Part shown: positions 40,185-52,836 of the stretch, one piece after another
Numbering within the stretch: position 1 is the stretch's first letter
How the letters are laid out: every line of letters starts with the position of its first letter
From: Ophelia neglecta
Taxonomy: Eukaryota
Length of the DNA: 64,000 nt
Reading direction: 5' to 3'
Assembly (NCBI GenBank): GCA_965285935.1
Contig: OZ260667.1
Span: 63,674,001 to 63,738,000 of the forward strand
Translations under genes and position numbers: made by a program
The notes under the pieces: model-generated
The model's database searches: none
What the model was told of the DNA's origin: nothing
The model's input: the letters and a program-made list of their open reading frames with translations, nothing else

Positions 40185-40361
40185 CAGTGAAACCTCACAA
40201 TAAGGGACAGCCAAGGGACTGGGAAATCTGTCCTCTTTTCTCCGTTGTCCTTATTTCACAGGTTACTTTACATGTAAATTATTACAACTGTACTAAAAAC
40301 AATTTCCTTCATAGTCAGTGTGTCCCTAATTGTCAGGTGTCCTTTAGGCTAGGTTTTACTG
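40185..40361. mobile_element. Tc1/mariner-type MITE (divergent subfamily)
   Basis: TA|cagtgaaacct ... aggttttactg, 177 bp. Confidence 0.7.
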
Positions 40362-40825
40362 TGATTACTTTAAACGTATTCAAATACCGCATCATGAACA
40401 TATTTCCCTTTATCTACATTATGTGATGCCCCTAAATCAGATCGATTGTTTAAAGCAAGCAGCACATGTATAGAAATGTGTGAATATTATTTGAATACTA
40501 ATTTTTTTCAGCCTTATATTTGTGACATAAGATATCTAAACCAGCGTTATATATCTTTAGAATTTATTGTTTAAGAATCGCTAGCGTAATACCTGATTCC
40601 TGTTGTGTCATCTATAGCTTCTGATTTATTGAGAACTTAGCATCAGCTGAAATAATGACGCATCTGTATCTCGAGTTTATGAAATCCTTTCATACGATAA
40701 TAGTTGTACCAGATATTTATACATTTTAAGTTGCTTCCCAGTCTTAGTTAAAGATACCAGTAGAATAGATTTCATTGTGTAAAGCATCCTATACTGTTCC
40801 ATATTTCAATCGTATCGATCATCAC

Positions 40826-41011
40826 CAGTGGCGGATTCAGGGGGGGGGGGGGGGCGGGCAGCCCAGCAAAAGTGGGCCTGGATCAGGGCCTATTTCTGGA
40901 ACCACTCAAGGTGCTTTCAGAGGGTTAGTAACGGGGACAATCCAGATATTTGCCTTGTTAGCCTTGGAAAATTTAGGGCCCCCTCTTTCTGAAATCCTGG
41001 ATCCACCACTG
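40826..41011. mobile_element. MITE with a poly-G tract and 5-bp TSD ATCAC
   Basis: TIRs cagtggcggattcagg / cctggatccaccactg; atcac at 40821-40825 and 41012-41016. Confidence 0.85.
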
Positions 41012-42327
41012 ATCACCATTTTGCATTCCGAAATTTGTAAATATACATGATAGAATGAAGAAACAAAATCCTCTTGTGTTTATCAGCATCAAGTTTAAAA
41101 GGCTATAGTTCATTTAATTGTTTTGTAATTAACATATTTTGACAATAAGAGCAAAGTGTGCTTAGGCCTATATCATTCAATCAGTATTAGCTCTAGCAGA
41201 AAGTAAAGTAATTCGTTTTATAATAAACAGCAAAGTGTGGTTATATACTTAATAAATAAATTTTGTGATGATAATTTGTTGTTAATCCTGAGCCAAAAAA
41301 AAAGAAAGAAATTACATCAATAAGGAGCATTGGTTAATTTTTTTGTATAGATATGACTTAATGACTAAATAATTCTCGGTAAATCAGCCACATTTTATGC
41401 CAGTATAAAAGTAGCAAAACTCTCTTTGAGATAGAGGCAAATTACAGGCATGCACAAGCTATTACTCTAAATTTCCTCAGCCCTTCATTTGAATTAGCAG
41501 TCACTAATCTACAATGAGTACCTGTACTTTGGAATCTTTTGTCCTAAGAGCGACCGACTTAAGCCACACTATTCATGTGCTCTCCTAGCTTATTTACATT
41601 AAACTACTCGAGTCACAGTTAATTTGATATGCGTCAACAAAACATGAAAACGTGACGCGTTGAGATTGTATAAAGTACCGTCTATGTTGACACAGTGGCA
41701 GTTCGCATGGTCTCCATACGAGCTATAATTACCCAGGTAATGGACCATTGAATTATCTAATGTACATGTATGAAGCATTATCTGAGACTTTTTATTAAAC
41801 TTCAATGACCAGTCAGTTTAATCATGATCATACAAGGCCTTTTATCGAGTTTTAATCTATACCGCCTGCCAGGGGGAGGGGGGGGGAGGGGGTGTCTATA
41901 GCGGTAATTAACATTCAATAGGTGGGTACTTTTGGTGATAAAACTTTCCGTCTTTCTGTAGGTAAGGAAATTATATAGAACAAAGCAACCTATATGTTAG
42001 GTTTAAAGTAAATGTTATCATACGGGAGTAGGGCGGGGGGGGGGGGGGGGAGGAGCTACAGGTGTTAGAGCGAGCCCTCTGTTTGCCGAGGGAGGGGGAC
42101 ACGTTTAAGACCCATCCTCTCCTCCGGGGGAAGGGTGACAGGGAGTTTTCAACCCACCATCTATCCTCCAGAGGGGAGGGGACAAGGCTACTAAGATAAC
42201 ATCCTATTTCTGCAGGAGACAGATACAAATACAAGACAGAACGTATTGAGGACAAGGGGGGAACTGTACGGGGCAGCGAGGAGAGGACACGAGTCACAGA
42301 GGGGCTGACTTCCTGGGCTTTTAACGG

Positions 42328-42331
<4 letters not shown>

Positions 42332-42363
<32 letters not shown>
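42332..42363. repeat. (GA)n microsatellite
   Basis: Visible GA run. Confidence 0.9.
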
Positions 42364-42368
<5 letters not shown>

Positions 42369-43665
42369 TGGCTGAGGGTAAAGCGTATGAGGGGCTGGAC
42401 CTATACTAGCCTTTTCCATTGAAGCTTCAGAGAGTTTGTAGTTATTTGTGGAACTATACTTAGTTTTTACAGAGGCAGAAATGAAAGATTCGCGCTATTA
42501 CTGGCTTAACCCTATATGACCTATGTTTCTTACCTGCATCACGGCCTACTCTCACTATCATTTTTGCTATTCTCTTACTTGTATTCGAAAAGCTTACTTT
42601 CTTGAAATAATTACTGGAGAAGAAGTTTTGTGATATGATTTCACAATATAATTATGAAAGGAGTTAAGCTCTTGTAAGAAACACCTGCTTAGGTTTGTAT
42701 ACGTGACGTTAACTCGGCCATACTTCTTCAAAGGTTGTTGTCGGCGATTGTTTCATTGTTTTTAAGATAATATAGTGACATGAAATCAGTAATGGCAAAG
42801 CTAATTATAATAATAGAAAACTCTCTATACCCACTGTAATTAATGCTTAGTACCAATCGGTCGAGAGTAGTTAAACGCAGAGGGATCCAGGGGAGTGGAG
42901 GACACATGTCCTGTTATTTAATTAAACTGGATCTATATGTAGGTTATCAAACAAACAGGAACAATGTATTTAAAGTGTTGTATAGTGTATGTACTTTGTA
43001 TCTACTTTGTATCTACTGAGTATCCACTTTGTATCAACTAAGTATCTACCCATAATATTTATTGCCAGAATCTTGTCAACATTTCTATCCAAACTATACC
43101 CTCAACATACAGATGCAGATTTTCCTGAGACTCAGACATATTTAGTTTTCCACCGAGTTTTGTTAAGACAATGTTGTTAGAGTGTACCAAAGATCAAATG
43201 ATAAAGCACCCCCTCCCCCCCGCTCTCTCTCTCTCTCTCTCTCTCTCACTTCGACTTTGAGGGCTTGTCATGTAAAAAAGTACAAGGTCCTTATCAACTT
43301 TTTTTGGCTGTTGGGCCCGTCAGTATACAACGATTAACGCCATGGAAATCAGGTATAACAACTACAGTGGAGATACAAAGATGGGGGGTTGAGGACCTTG
43401 GGGTCTCCCAATTACCCTCAAACCTGTAAAAATAATTAAAATAATTTCTGAATGGTATTGTGACTACTCATGAAAAAGTAGTATTGCGTTCGACAGGTCT
43501 GAAACAAGTTAATCTAAACGTAGGTTTGATGTGAGCCAGAATGGCCTATTTTCTAGTATTATTATTGCAAGACATATTAAGTATTAGAATGAATGGGATC
43601 ATCGTATACTTGTTGGATATCTCGTGTATCATTAGTAGTCATCATATTATAAGTACTAATTCATA

Positions 43666-44922
43666 TCAGTCTTTTTTGTCATTTCCAGCCATCCAACAAT
43701 GGTCAAAGCTCCACCAGGACTGGAGGTTATCATATAATTGCGGTGTTTCCGGCGGATGGTGGGCGTATTGGCAGACCTTACACCAGGCCAGGGACTTAGG
43801 GCTGGGAATGTCCCACTCACCCTGCCGTATAACATATGATTTCTTCCAATGTAAATACTCCAAATAAGCCGTGTCATTCTTATTAAGATATTCTAAATAC
43901 TCTGCGAGCTTCTTGACATCCGGGTACTGTTGAATGTGGATAAACGAATGCGGTGGCGCAACCTTCAGGTACTGCTCTATCGGCGGTCCGTCGACTACTG
44001 GTACTACTCCATCGGCCAAAGTTTTCCAGAACTTCTCTGTGATATATTCGTCACAATGAGCGTTCTCCAGAGCCATATAAAACTTAAAGGTCTTCCTCAA
44101 AGCCGTCGAACAAGCTTGATTGCGTCTGCAGGGATGTGGCTTGCCACACTTTCCGTATATAGTAACAGAGAGCTTTGAGACTCTTTTGAATTTATTGATC
44201 CATATAAACCTACGGTGGGCCTGGGTGTTGGGGTTGTTACAGTTACTAGCCACCCACAAGACCTGGCCCGTCCTGAGGGACATGTCCATCCAGTCGCTGT
44301 CCTGTTCCCCGGCCATCTCGGACGTCCTGGCTAACATGAACCCGTATGGGAAATGAATATCAGACTTGCTCATATAAGTCATGGACAGATTGAACGTCTT
44401 ATCCAACTGTCGGTAGGCGGCGCCTCTGGTCTTCAAGTGCATTTTACCACTCGTCCCCAGAATGTGGCCATAGACAGGAGTCTCTTTTGTCATAAAAACC
44501 CACAGTTGGTTCCTTGGTCGACTGAATATCATAGACAAATCATGAAATTGGCCCCAAGGAAGATGAAACATGACAATGTCGCTTTTATAGAAAAGTGATC
44601 GTTCTTTTGTTATATGACATCGGTAAGGACAGAAGCTCTGGTTTATGTCCGGCTGTACATCCGTCCGCACGAATGGCCAGTTTTCGAAGTCATACCAGTT
44701 ATTCCAAGTCAGAATGTACTTGTATTCGCTCTCCGGTGCTGCCGAGGAAGTGGAATTCATAGACAGATATTTGAAATGTTCAGCGTTGACCAAAGTGGGT
44801 TGATAACTGTTTGTCCCATTTCGAAATATTGTCAAGTATAAAAATGTACTGACAATAAAACTAAGAGCCACACAGAGCTGAGTCATTTGCCGGGAACATT
44901 CCAGATTGACCGTACCAACCAT
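43666..44922 (-). CDS. Alpha-(1,3)-fucosyltransferase, GT10 family, copy A (single coding exon)
   Basis: Type II TM anchor (LCVALSFIVSTFLYLTIF); motifs ILTW, CHIT.ERS, DIVMFH, WVFMTKETP, FNLSMTY, WVASNC, FKFYMALENAHCDEYITEKFW, GVVPVV, YLEYLHW. Start placed at the ATG shared with copy B; another in-frame ATG lies at 44928. Confidence 0.93.
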   Translation of the reverse strand: MVGTVNLECSRQMTQLCVALSFIVSTFLYLTIFRNGTNSYQPTLVNAEHFKYLSMNSTSSAAPESEYKYILTWNNWYDFENWPFVRTDVQPDINQSFCPYRCHITKERSLFYKSDIVMFHLPWGQFHDLSMIFSRPRNQLWVFMTKETPVYGHILGTSGKMHLKTRGAAYRQLDKTFNLSMTYMSKSDIHFPYGFMLARTSEMAGEQDSDWMDMSLRTGQVLWVASNCNNPNTQAHRRFIWINKFKRVSKLSVTIYGKCGKPHPCRRNQACSTALRKTFKFYMALENAHCDEYITEKFWKTLADGVVPVVDGPPIEQYLKVAPPHSFIHIQQYPDVKKLAEYLEYLNKNDTAYLEYLHWKKSYVIRQGEWDIPSPKSLAWCKVCQYAHHPPETPQLYDNLQSWWSFDHCWMAGNDKKD

Positions 44923-46578
44923 TTCCATAAGCCCAGGTTTGTATATCACTAACCCAAAGTCTATTTTTTCTTACCCCAGGTCAATATTTCACTAGTCCTA
45001 TGTCTGTGTTTTTCGTCAGAAATACATGTTTCTTCCGGGCCTTAAGATCTGTAGGTGTATTACGGAGGTCTGCAGTCCACTTGTTCACTGCTGTGAGTCA
45101 ATCAAAGGACATGGAAACAACCTGCATTGAGAACATTACAATGGTGTGTATTGCGGAAGACACCTATGGACTTGACGGTGCTGTATGGCCCCGGCGAGGG
45201 AGCAAAACATGTAAAATGGCAACTTGTTCATAAGCCTCTAGCAAAAAAAAATTTACATTTTCAATGCCGATTTTTTTTTTCCTTAATATTTAGGCCATAG
45301 AACTTGGGCGGATATTTGTTGCTAATATGTGATAAAAGGGCCCAATCGCCTTGATTTGACAAATAAAAGATATGAATTAATCTAGTTCCTTGTCACCACA
45401 TGGCGGACCAGGATTAATCCATATTTACATGGACCGCTTAATGATTCATGTCAAAGACATTTAGTGAAGTATTTCCGAACATTGATTGAAAATGGATCAT
45501 TTACAAAAGATCTAGTTACACATTTGATAATGATGTTCATAAATTGATTATTTTTTCTATTGTAGTCTCAATATGTGTTGCCAATCTTAAGCGCCAACTA
45601 TTGCTAGCAACAAACTTGTCATTATTGTCTGCGATAGCTCGGACCTCAGATATTTGTCCCTGACGGTACCAAATCCCGTTGTCGGCCCGACTACTGCCCT
45701 CCTCCCCACCCCCGATTGTTGACCACGGCCCCTTCCGACACTGTGCGCCCCCTGCGATATGTAGGAACGCGGATATATGGCTTTGAACAATGACCGTTGA
45801 ATATAACACAGAGTGATAGTTCCCCGCTCACTCACATTGTCAGCTATTTCCCACTATATTTCATAAAAGGGATATTTTTAAACAACCATGCCTATCTTTA
45901 TCGCAACATATATATGTTGCCATGCAAACACCAGCTTATTAACCATCTGTGGACACCCGATAGCTCAAAAAACGGCAAATAATTCCCCCCACAATGCCAC
46001 GGCCAGAACTTGACAACCCTGTTATACATTATTGTACAAAATTGAGGATCCGGGCTGTATCTCAGAAAGTCCACCTACCTTTATTTTGAATTCGCTAGAT
46101 TGTATGCCCTTATGCGCATGCGTACAAGTGTATATCTCGGCCCGTTTGCGGGACCCTGTTGTACATTAATCAACATGGCTGATCCGGTCCATATGTCAGG
46201 AATTCCATCTACCTTTATTCTGAATTCACTCCACACCAGGTAGCTAATGTATCGGAGACTATGGCTGTACACACGGACCTAAAGACAATGACTGGTACAG
46301 TGCCGCTTACATTGGGCGGTCCATTTGGTGAAGTAAATATCTCAAGTCTATGGGTATTAAAAATAGTCACGTTCTGTTAGGTGAACTAAGCGCTAGCTCT
46401 ACAGTACGTGGCCTACCAGCCGAGGTAAGTAGCCAGGGACCAGTCTGTGGATGTCCCCGGGGCGGCGAGAGCGCTATCTTTGTATTTAATTTTAGTATGT
46501 GCGTGTGAGCGCATGTGTTGCATGACGTTGTAACGGATAGGTGTTCATGTGTGCTAGGTACATGCTTTTTATTTGATA

Positions 46579-47297
46579 CAGTGAAACATGCTCTACATAC
46601 CACCTCTATAATCAGACCAGCTGTCCATTCAGACCACTGATATGAGGACCATGCTGTATGCTTTCAATGTTAAATAACCTGTCTAAACGGACCACCTCTG
46701 AAATCAGACCATTATTTTATAGTCCTTTTGGTGGTCTTAATTCACAGGTTTCACTGTACAGTGAAACCTGAATTAAAGACCACCTCTATTTTCAGACCAC
46801 CTGTCCATTCAGACCACTAAGAGTAAGGTCTGTGCTGTATACTTTCAATGTTAAATAACCTGTCTAAAATGACCACCTCTGAATTCAGACCAGTATTTTC
46901 CAGCCCATTTGGTGGTCTTAATTTACAGGTTTCACTGTATTTATATTGTTTAATGTGTTGCTTATAAATTGTATAGACGTCCATAAAAACAGGACTATAT
47001 GTACGGGAGTGTGCTTGTGTATGCTTGAGTGTGTAAATGCGACAATTGTATTTTTAGAATGTACATTATAAGTCAGTGATGACTTCAATAAATTATTAAA
47101 CCTAGACCTATAAAGACTACAGTGAAACCTGCCTTAAAGACCACCTCTTTAATCAGACCACCTGGCAATTCAGACAACTAATATGAGAACCGTTATGTAC
47201 ATTTTCAATGTTGAATGACCTGTCCAAACAGACCACCTCTGAAATCAGGCCAATATTTCCTAGTCCCTTGGGTGGTCTTAATTCACAGGTTTCACTG
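46579..47297. mobile_element. Three Tc1/mariner-type MITEs (46579-46756, 46759-46937, 47120-47297)
   Basis: Each is ~178 bp, TA|cagtgaaacctg...caggtttcactg|TA; the first two share one TA. Confidence 0.9.
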
Positions 47298-48669
47298 TAG
47301 TAGTCCTATAGAGAAATCTCAGTAAGAGAAAATTAGGAACAACAGCTCTATGATTTTTTTATCCCAACTTTGGTATTATATGAGAATGCACTCAGGCTGT
47401 CGGGTACGAGATTGAACAAGTCGGTAGGCCATTTATGATCAATTCATAGTTCACGCTAATCCTTCGAACTCGGTAGAGTCTAACTATATGGTAGACGACG
47501 GCTTTTGATTAAAAGCGGAAGCGGGGAGCCTTGCGGAATTAAATCCCGAAATTAGAACAGAGCATAAGACCTATTAAGCTTGCCCCTAACCCTTCTGTGA
47601 ACTTCCAAGAAGTAAATCACACTAATTTCTTTGTATCTGTTTATTATTTCCCTTGGGTTTTACACAGGATGATCTGGTAATAACTGTAACAAATTAAAAC
47701 ACTACTTACTACATGGATCAAGTGTTTTTAATCTATAGAATTTCAGTTCACTTTAAATTAGTTTATATCTGAACATTTCGGCGAAATAATGTTATTGCAT
47801 CAAGAGCAAACTCCTCAAAGTTTATTTTCTTACCATGCTGGGAATACACAAATGTGGTGATTTTTTGTTGTTAAGTCTTTCCTTGTCTGGCTGAGAGACG
47901 TGACAGAGCTCATGGATGAACGATAAAACAGTGCTTCCGGTCACCCAGAGATGCCAAGCGTACTTTAGAAACCAACAGAACTGAATGTCTCGGGAACTTG
48001 TCCCAGGACAACCTAGTAGCATACTAAAGTAGAGCAATGCCACTACACCTTCCCCTAACCGTGAAATTAACCCTCAGCCCTAATCCTGGCCTTGCCAACG
48101 CCTCTTTGCTTCCTGTCGCTCAGAAATACCCATGACCTCCGCGTCCGCATGGCTTCCGCACGTCCGCCTTTATTCAATAGCACAGACGAAGTTACGGTAC
48201 GAGAGCACTCGCTAACCGTCGTATAACAATAAATACACATTAGGATCACATTACGCACAACTACCATTATAAAATCCATGTTAACGTCGTCTTGCTCCCA
48301 CCAGGGTACAATTGACAGTACTGTGAAGAAATTTGCCCACGTATTTGGAACTGACTAGACGTTGACGAAAGTAGAGGTTAGACGAGGTGAGGGCCTCCAA
48401 GCAAAGGGGTTACATCGCTTGACCTTACATTCACTGCGACGGCTGGTACTCGCTACTATTATTTCAAAAACAATGTTAATATAATATACCTCTAAGAAAT
48501 TAGATTCATCGAATCTGAATCTCTGTTTATAAAAATGCACGTACGCACAGATTAAATGAAGATAACCGGTTGATGTTTGGCTGTCCAGTCATGACCATGG
48601 ATCGGGCCTGTATACCAAGAATCCCATTGTGACAATTCAACATAATTAAAAGACCTCCCTACCTATATA

Positions 48670-48847
48670 CAGTGAAACCTGTGAATTAAGACCACCCAAG
48701 GCACCGGGAAATGCTGGTCTGATTTTGGAGGTGGTCTGTTTAGATAGGTTATTTCACATTTAAAGTTAACAGCATTGTCCTCATATTAGTGGTCTGAATT
48801 GACAGGTGGTCTGATAATAGAGGTGGTCTTTAAGGCAGGTTTCATTG
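48670..48847. mobile_element. Tc1/mariner-type MITE, inverted relative to its neighbours
   Basis: TA|cagtgaaacctgtgaattaagaccacc ... gtggtctttaaggcaggtttcattg|TA. Confidence 0.9.
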
Positions 48848-49526
48848 TATAAGGGAGTGTCCCCCCCTCGCCGACAATACTGCAGTAGTGTGAACAGGAC
48901 CGAGGGCCCCCTGCAGCCGAGCTTGCTCATATCGTCTACTTAGACTGTTTTACATTACTACAGGCCCCCCAAACACCCCTGGCTTTGAATTTGTTGGATC
49001 GCGCTCATCCTGAATATTAACCATTTTTTCGTGAAATTTGGATTGATGGTGCAGTCCCTTAGTTTCCCTCGCACCCGCCCCCCCCCCCCTTTCATGACCC
49101 CCTCAATCCTTTAGCGGCGCGATTATCGTATCGCAGGCATACGTAATTTCACTGTCAGAACTACCCTGTTCAATAACGTTTAAATCAAATCAAAGCGCCG
49201 TGACTATAGCACCAATCTTTTATTCACATTGCTTGTTATCATTTTCGATTTCTAATTTTTGCGTATTTAAAGGCTATTTTGCCAGTGTATAAAACCGCGG
49301 CTGGTTGCGGAGGGCCCGAGCGCAAACAGCCGCAACGGCGACCCAAATAATGTATCAACTTTTAAATAGCCTGTCAAATCTAAATCAAACCATAGATATG
49401 TATAATCCATAGATTCGCAGCTGCCATTAGCGCCATTATAAGGCCTTAACCTCACTCTAGCAGTTTGGAAAATTTCCGCTAGGTGTCGCCTCTTGTATCC
49501 AAAACACACAAACCAGATAGTTATGG

Positions 49527-49908
49527 CTGAACTAAAGGTGGGAGGAAAATGGCCAAATTAGACTGACTATAGACAAACGTTAATATCTTAATAGCATATT
49601 CTATTCTTATTATTATAATTCTTTAATAATTGAGGAAAATGATTCAAAAGACTGCATGAGGCTAGCTATTTTATCTTTTTTTCTGTAACATATATTGTGG
49701 AACATACATTTGAGGATTTGCTCGGCCAGGAAGGCTTGACTGAACTAAAGGTGGGAGAAAAATGGCCAAACGAGAATGACTATAGACAAAAGTTAACATC
49801 TTAATAGCATATTCTATTCTTATTATTATGATTCTCTAATAATTGAGGCAAATGATTCAAAAAACTACATGAGGCTGGCTATTATTTATTCTTTTCTGTA
49901 ACATATAT
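49527..49908. repeat. ~212 bp-period tandem duplication
   Basis: ctgaactaaaggtggga...ctgtaacatatat at ~49527-49695 and ~49740-49907. Confidence 0.9.
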
Positions 49909-50293
49909 CCTGGATTCGTGTGTTCATATCTACATGTACATGTATGTGCAGTTGAAGCCATTGACATCGCATCGTAGCGAAATTGTCCTTTGACTGCTGT
50001 TAAATTGGAGTAAAATCTTGAATTTTATCTTGTCTGTAAGCTGTTTTATATGCTGATGTGAATAACCTAACTTTTAACTGCGATCATCCGTCATATCCAT
50101 CGGAAATGTTGATGAAAGTGATGAATTATTGGCTGGAACAGAAGCTATGTTATGTTTCAATCAATGGTCCCTAAATGGTCTCGTAGCCGTATCTCGCGAA
50201 ACCCCGTTCAAATCTCGCAGCCATAATACTACTTGCTGCGAATCTATGTATTCTCTATATCTATGATCGAACTAAGCGTCTATTACTCTGTAG

Positions 50294-51499
50294 TCAATGT
50301 TTGTTCAATAGTTTATCTCGTTTTGGACTTTCCAGTGTGTTATTTATCCATTCCGGTCTCATGCATGGCAAACCTCGTGCGATTTGGAATTCCCTCGGCT
50401 GGCATCTCCGTTTCGGGACTGTCCTCTTCTGTAACTCGATTGTTTTGTTTAGTGTACGGACTGTCCGCCAGGGGGCGCACATTGACCTCCCGTGTGAGAT
50501 GTAGTATTTCCCGATCAGGTCTTTATTAATACACACATCGGTGGAATTCCATCCAGTCTTATTGCCCTCACTTCCGGTTTGATGAAGGTCAAGGATGGTG
50601 GAGGAGGCGTCGATTAAAGTGAAATTCCAATATAAAGTCTTGGCAATCAGCCAATTATCATAACCCGGGCGACCTAGCACAAACTCAGGAACCTCTTTCC
50701 ATGGAAACTTGCCCGGTGACGTAATGAAATAGTCGTGTGCGTACGCACCCCCCGGTATCCCCTGTTCAGAAATGGTCCTAATACCGTCAAGGTTACCTGC
50801 GTCCACAGTGGTATTTGTTATATTCAAATTAGTTCTGAGACCGACCAAAAGAAACGATTTTGTCGTCATATTAAGGATACTTTTCAGTGTCTCCACCAGG
50901 CTAAGGTCAAAGAGGTTATCAGCGTTAGCAAACCCATAGAAAGGCGTGGGGTCGTCTTTATCACTCATGGCATCAATAAACAGCTCCTTTAAGACCGGAA
51001 TTCCCCGGATTTCCTTCGGCGCAGTCCGTACACCCCAACCCGGATGCTGTAGCGCCACCTTCCGCCACTTCTCGCTGTCCGTACTGGACATGTACAACAC
51101 AGGTTTTATCCACGGACTTAGAGCAGCCCAGTTTTTTATCGTATTGCGATGTATTTCATCCCTATCTGGCGTATCTTTAATGGTGGTAATCAGTGTCAAC
51201 AGAGGGCGCCCTTCCGTGTTAAATACACCAATCGGCATCCGGTTCCTAATATTAGTATTTATAACTTCTAACACACTTTTTACATACATCCTATCAGGCT
51301 GTTCAACTCTGTCCGAATCAGACAGTTCCTTAACTCGAAGTTTATTGGAACTCCTAATAACACCTGCGTAGAAGTTAAATATCACAACAAACGTGACAGC
51401 AAACACTACTCCGGTCCTCTTCCTAGTAAAGCAGACGTGTAGAGTATTTGTGAAACAAACACACCACCTCCCGTACACACTGGTCATCCGGTAAGACAT
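50294..51499 (-). CDS. Uncharacterised type II membrane protein, putative GT-A-like glycosyltransferase
   Basis: ~400-aa single-exon ORF. Basic residues precede a TM segment (GVVFAVTFVVIFNFYAGVI), then a stem and a globular domain with FYGFANADNLFD, LLVGLRTN, DYFIT, GRPGYDNWL and IDASxTIxxLHQ. First ATG at 51499. Function is inferred. Confidence 0.75.
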   Translation of the reverse strand: MSYRMTSVYGRWCVCFTNTLHVCFTRKRTGVVFAVTFVVIFNFYAGVIRSSNKLRVKELSDSDRVEQPDRMYVKSVLEVINTNIRNRMPIGVFNTEGRPLLTLITTIKDTPDRDEIHRNTIKNWAALSPWIKPVLYMSSTDSEKWRKVALQHPGWGVRTAPKEIRGIPVLKELFIDAMSDKDDPTPFYGFANADNLFDLSLVETLKSILNMTTKSFLLVGLRTNLNITNTTVDAGNLDGIRTISEQGIPGGAYAHDYFITSPGKFPWKEVPEFVLGRPGYDNWLIAKTLYWNFTLIDASSTILDLHQTGSEGNKTGWNSTDVCINKDLIGKYYISHGRSMCAPWRTVRTLNKTIELQKRTVPKRRCQPREFQIARGLPCMRPEWINNTLESPKRDKLLNKH

Positions 51500-52836
51500 G
51501 CTTGATGAGAATGAAAGGGCGCGTCTTAACAACAGAAATATTCTAACCACGATCCTGGTGTCTTCAAACTGGGACTGTCTAGATTAAATGATGTATTGTG
51601 CCGACAGTCCAGTCTGCCTCGAAGTCGGTGGCTTCGCCTGGTGATTGAGATACTGTCTGTGGCTAGTATTAGACTCTCAATGAAACTCCTGACACAGTTA
51701 TGAAAGCCGTCGTGTTGGTCGGTAAGGTCAATATATTGTCTCGACTTCCACTAGAACAATCTCCTCCGTAAAACGTATCTCTGACGCTTTATTATAATAG
51801 CTCCAAGCAATTTGGGGATAATTGACATAATACTGGCAAGTTTAATACACCGTGAACCATGACGCTGTGAAGCCAGGCGGATTATGGGTACGGAGGGGAA
51901 GGCGTGGCAAGAAAGGGGGATGGGAGGCGGCGGAGAGAGGAAGGGCGGGGGAGGGACGGTGAGAAGGGGGGGGGAGGAGGGTTTCTGGGGAAGGAGGGGG
52001 CGGGGGGGGGGGCGGTGAGAAGGGGGATAGGAGGGTGATTGGGGGAGGAAGGGGCGCTGGGAGGGGCCTTTTCCATGATAGATGGAGAGATGTTACACCC
52101 TATAGAAGTAAACACCAGCCTCACACTTCCCGGCCTTCCCACTCAACATAGAAGCGCCCACCTCATCACTTCGCCCTTGGCCTCCCTGTCGACAGCCTAG
52201 CTCCACATGTTGCAAACAAACACTAACCTTCTATGCTCTATTGTCAACCATTTAACGTGAGCAGCCAACCGTGACGCCCACAGTGCTAATAACTAGACCT
52301 GATACATGCTGAACAGAACCGCGGTCACTGTGTCTATTGTCTCCCAACTAATTAGAATTGACATTTCGTAATTGCAATCTGCGCTGTATAGGAACAATAC
52401 TAGAAATTCGGCGCGGGAGGGAGGGGGGGGGGTTAATCGTGCGTGCGTGTGTAATTTACGAACAAGAATTCTGAAATGACATGCATATACTAAAATTGTG
52501 TTTGAAATTTTTGTCAAATAGACAGCCTTGTTGAATAGCAAATAGCAATTTTGCATCTTTTCCATGTATTATCGATGTTTCGACCCTACCATTTAATTAA
52601 ATTGTGTGCAAATAAGCTGCTTGTAGGGAGGTGCTAGTTTTGTTGCTACAGAGGCTACAATATCGCCCCTAACCCCCCCCCCCCCCTCCACCACCACAAC
52701 CACCACCCACCCAACCGCCAACCGCCCCCAACCCGACACCTACCAGGCATCCAATGGCGCGTAGTCATTTATCATGCTTATACCATAGATATAGAGAATA
52801 TATGGATTATACATACCTATGCTTATACCGCAGTGT

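Larger units (their letters stand above)
42474..47297. repeat. Segmental duplication copy A (paralogous to ~52837-57181)
   Basis: Co-linear similarity from gcagaaatgaaagattcgcgctattactgg through the FUT gene to the third MITE. Confidence 0.9.

Noticed and set aside
43930-44841. Plus-strand ORFs conserved in both FUT copies, and ORFs antisense to the ANK exons
   Set aside because: Shadow ORFs opposite real coding sequence; conservation simply follows the duplication.
51882-52142. Pro-rich 86-aa ORF
   Set aside because: Low-complexity G/purine tract with no domain evidence.
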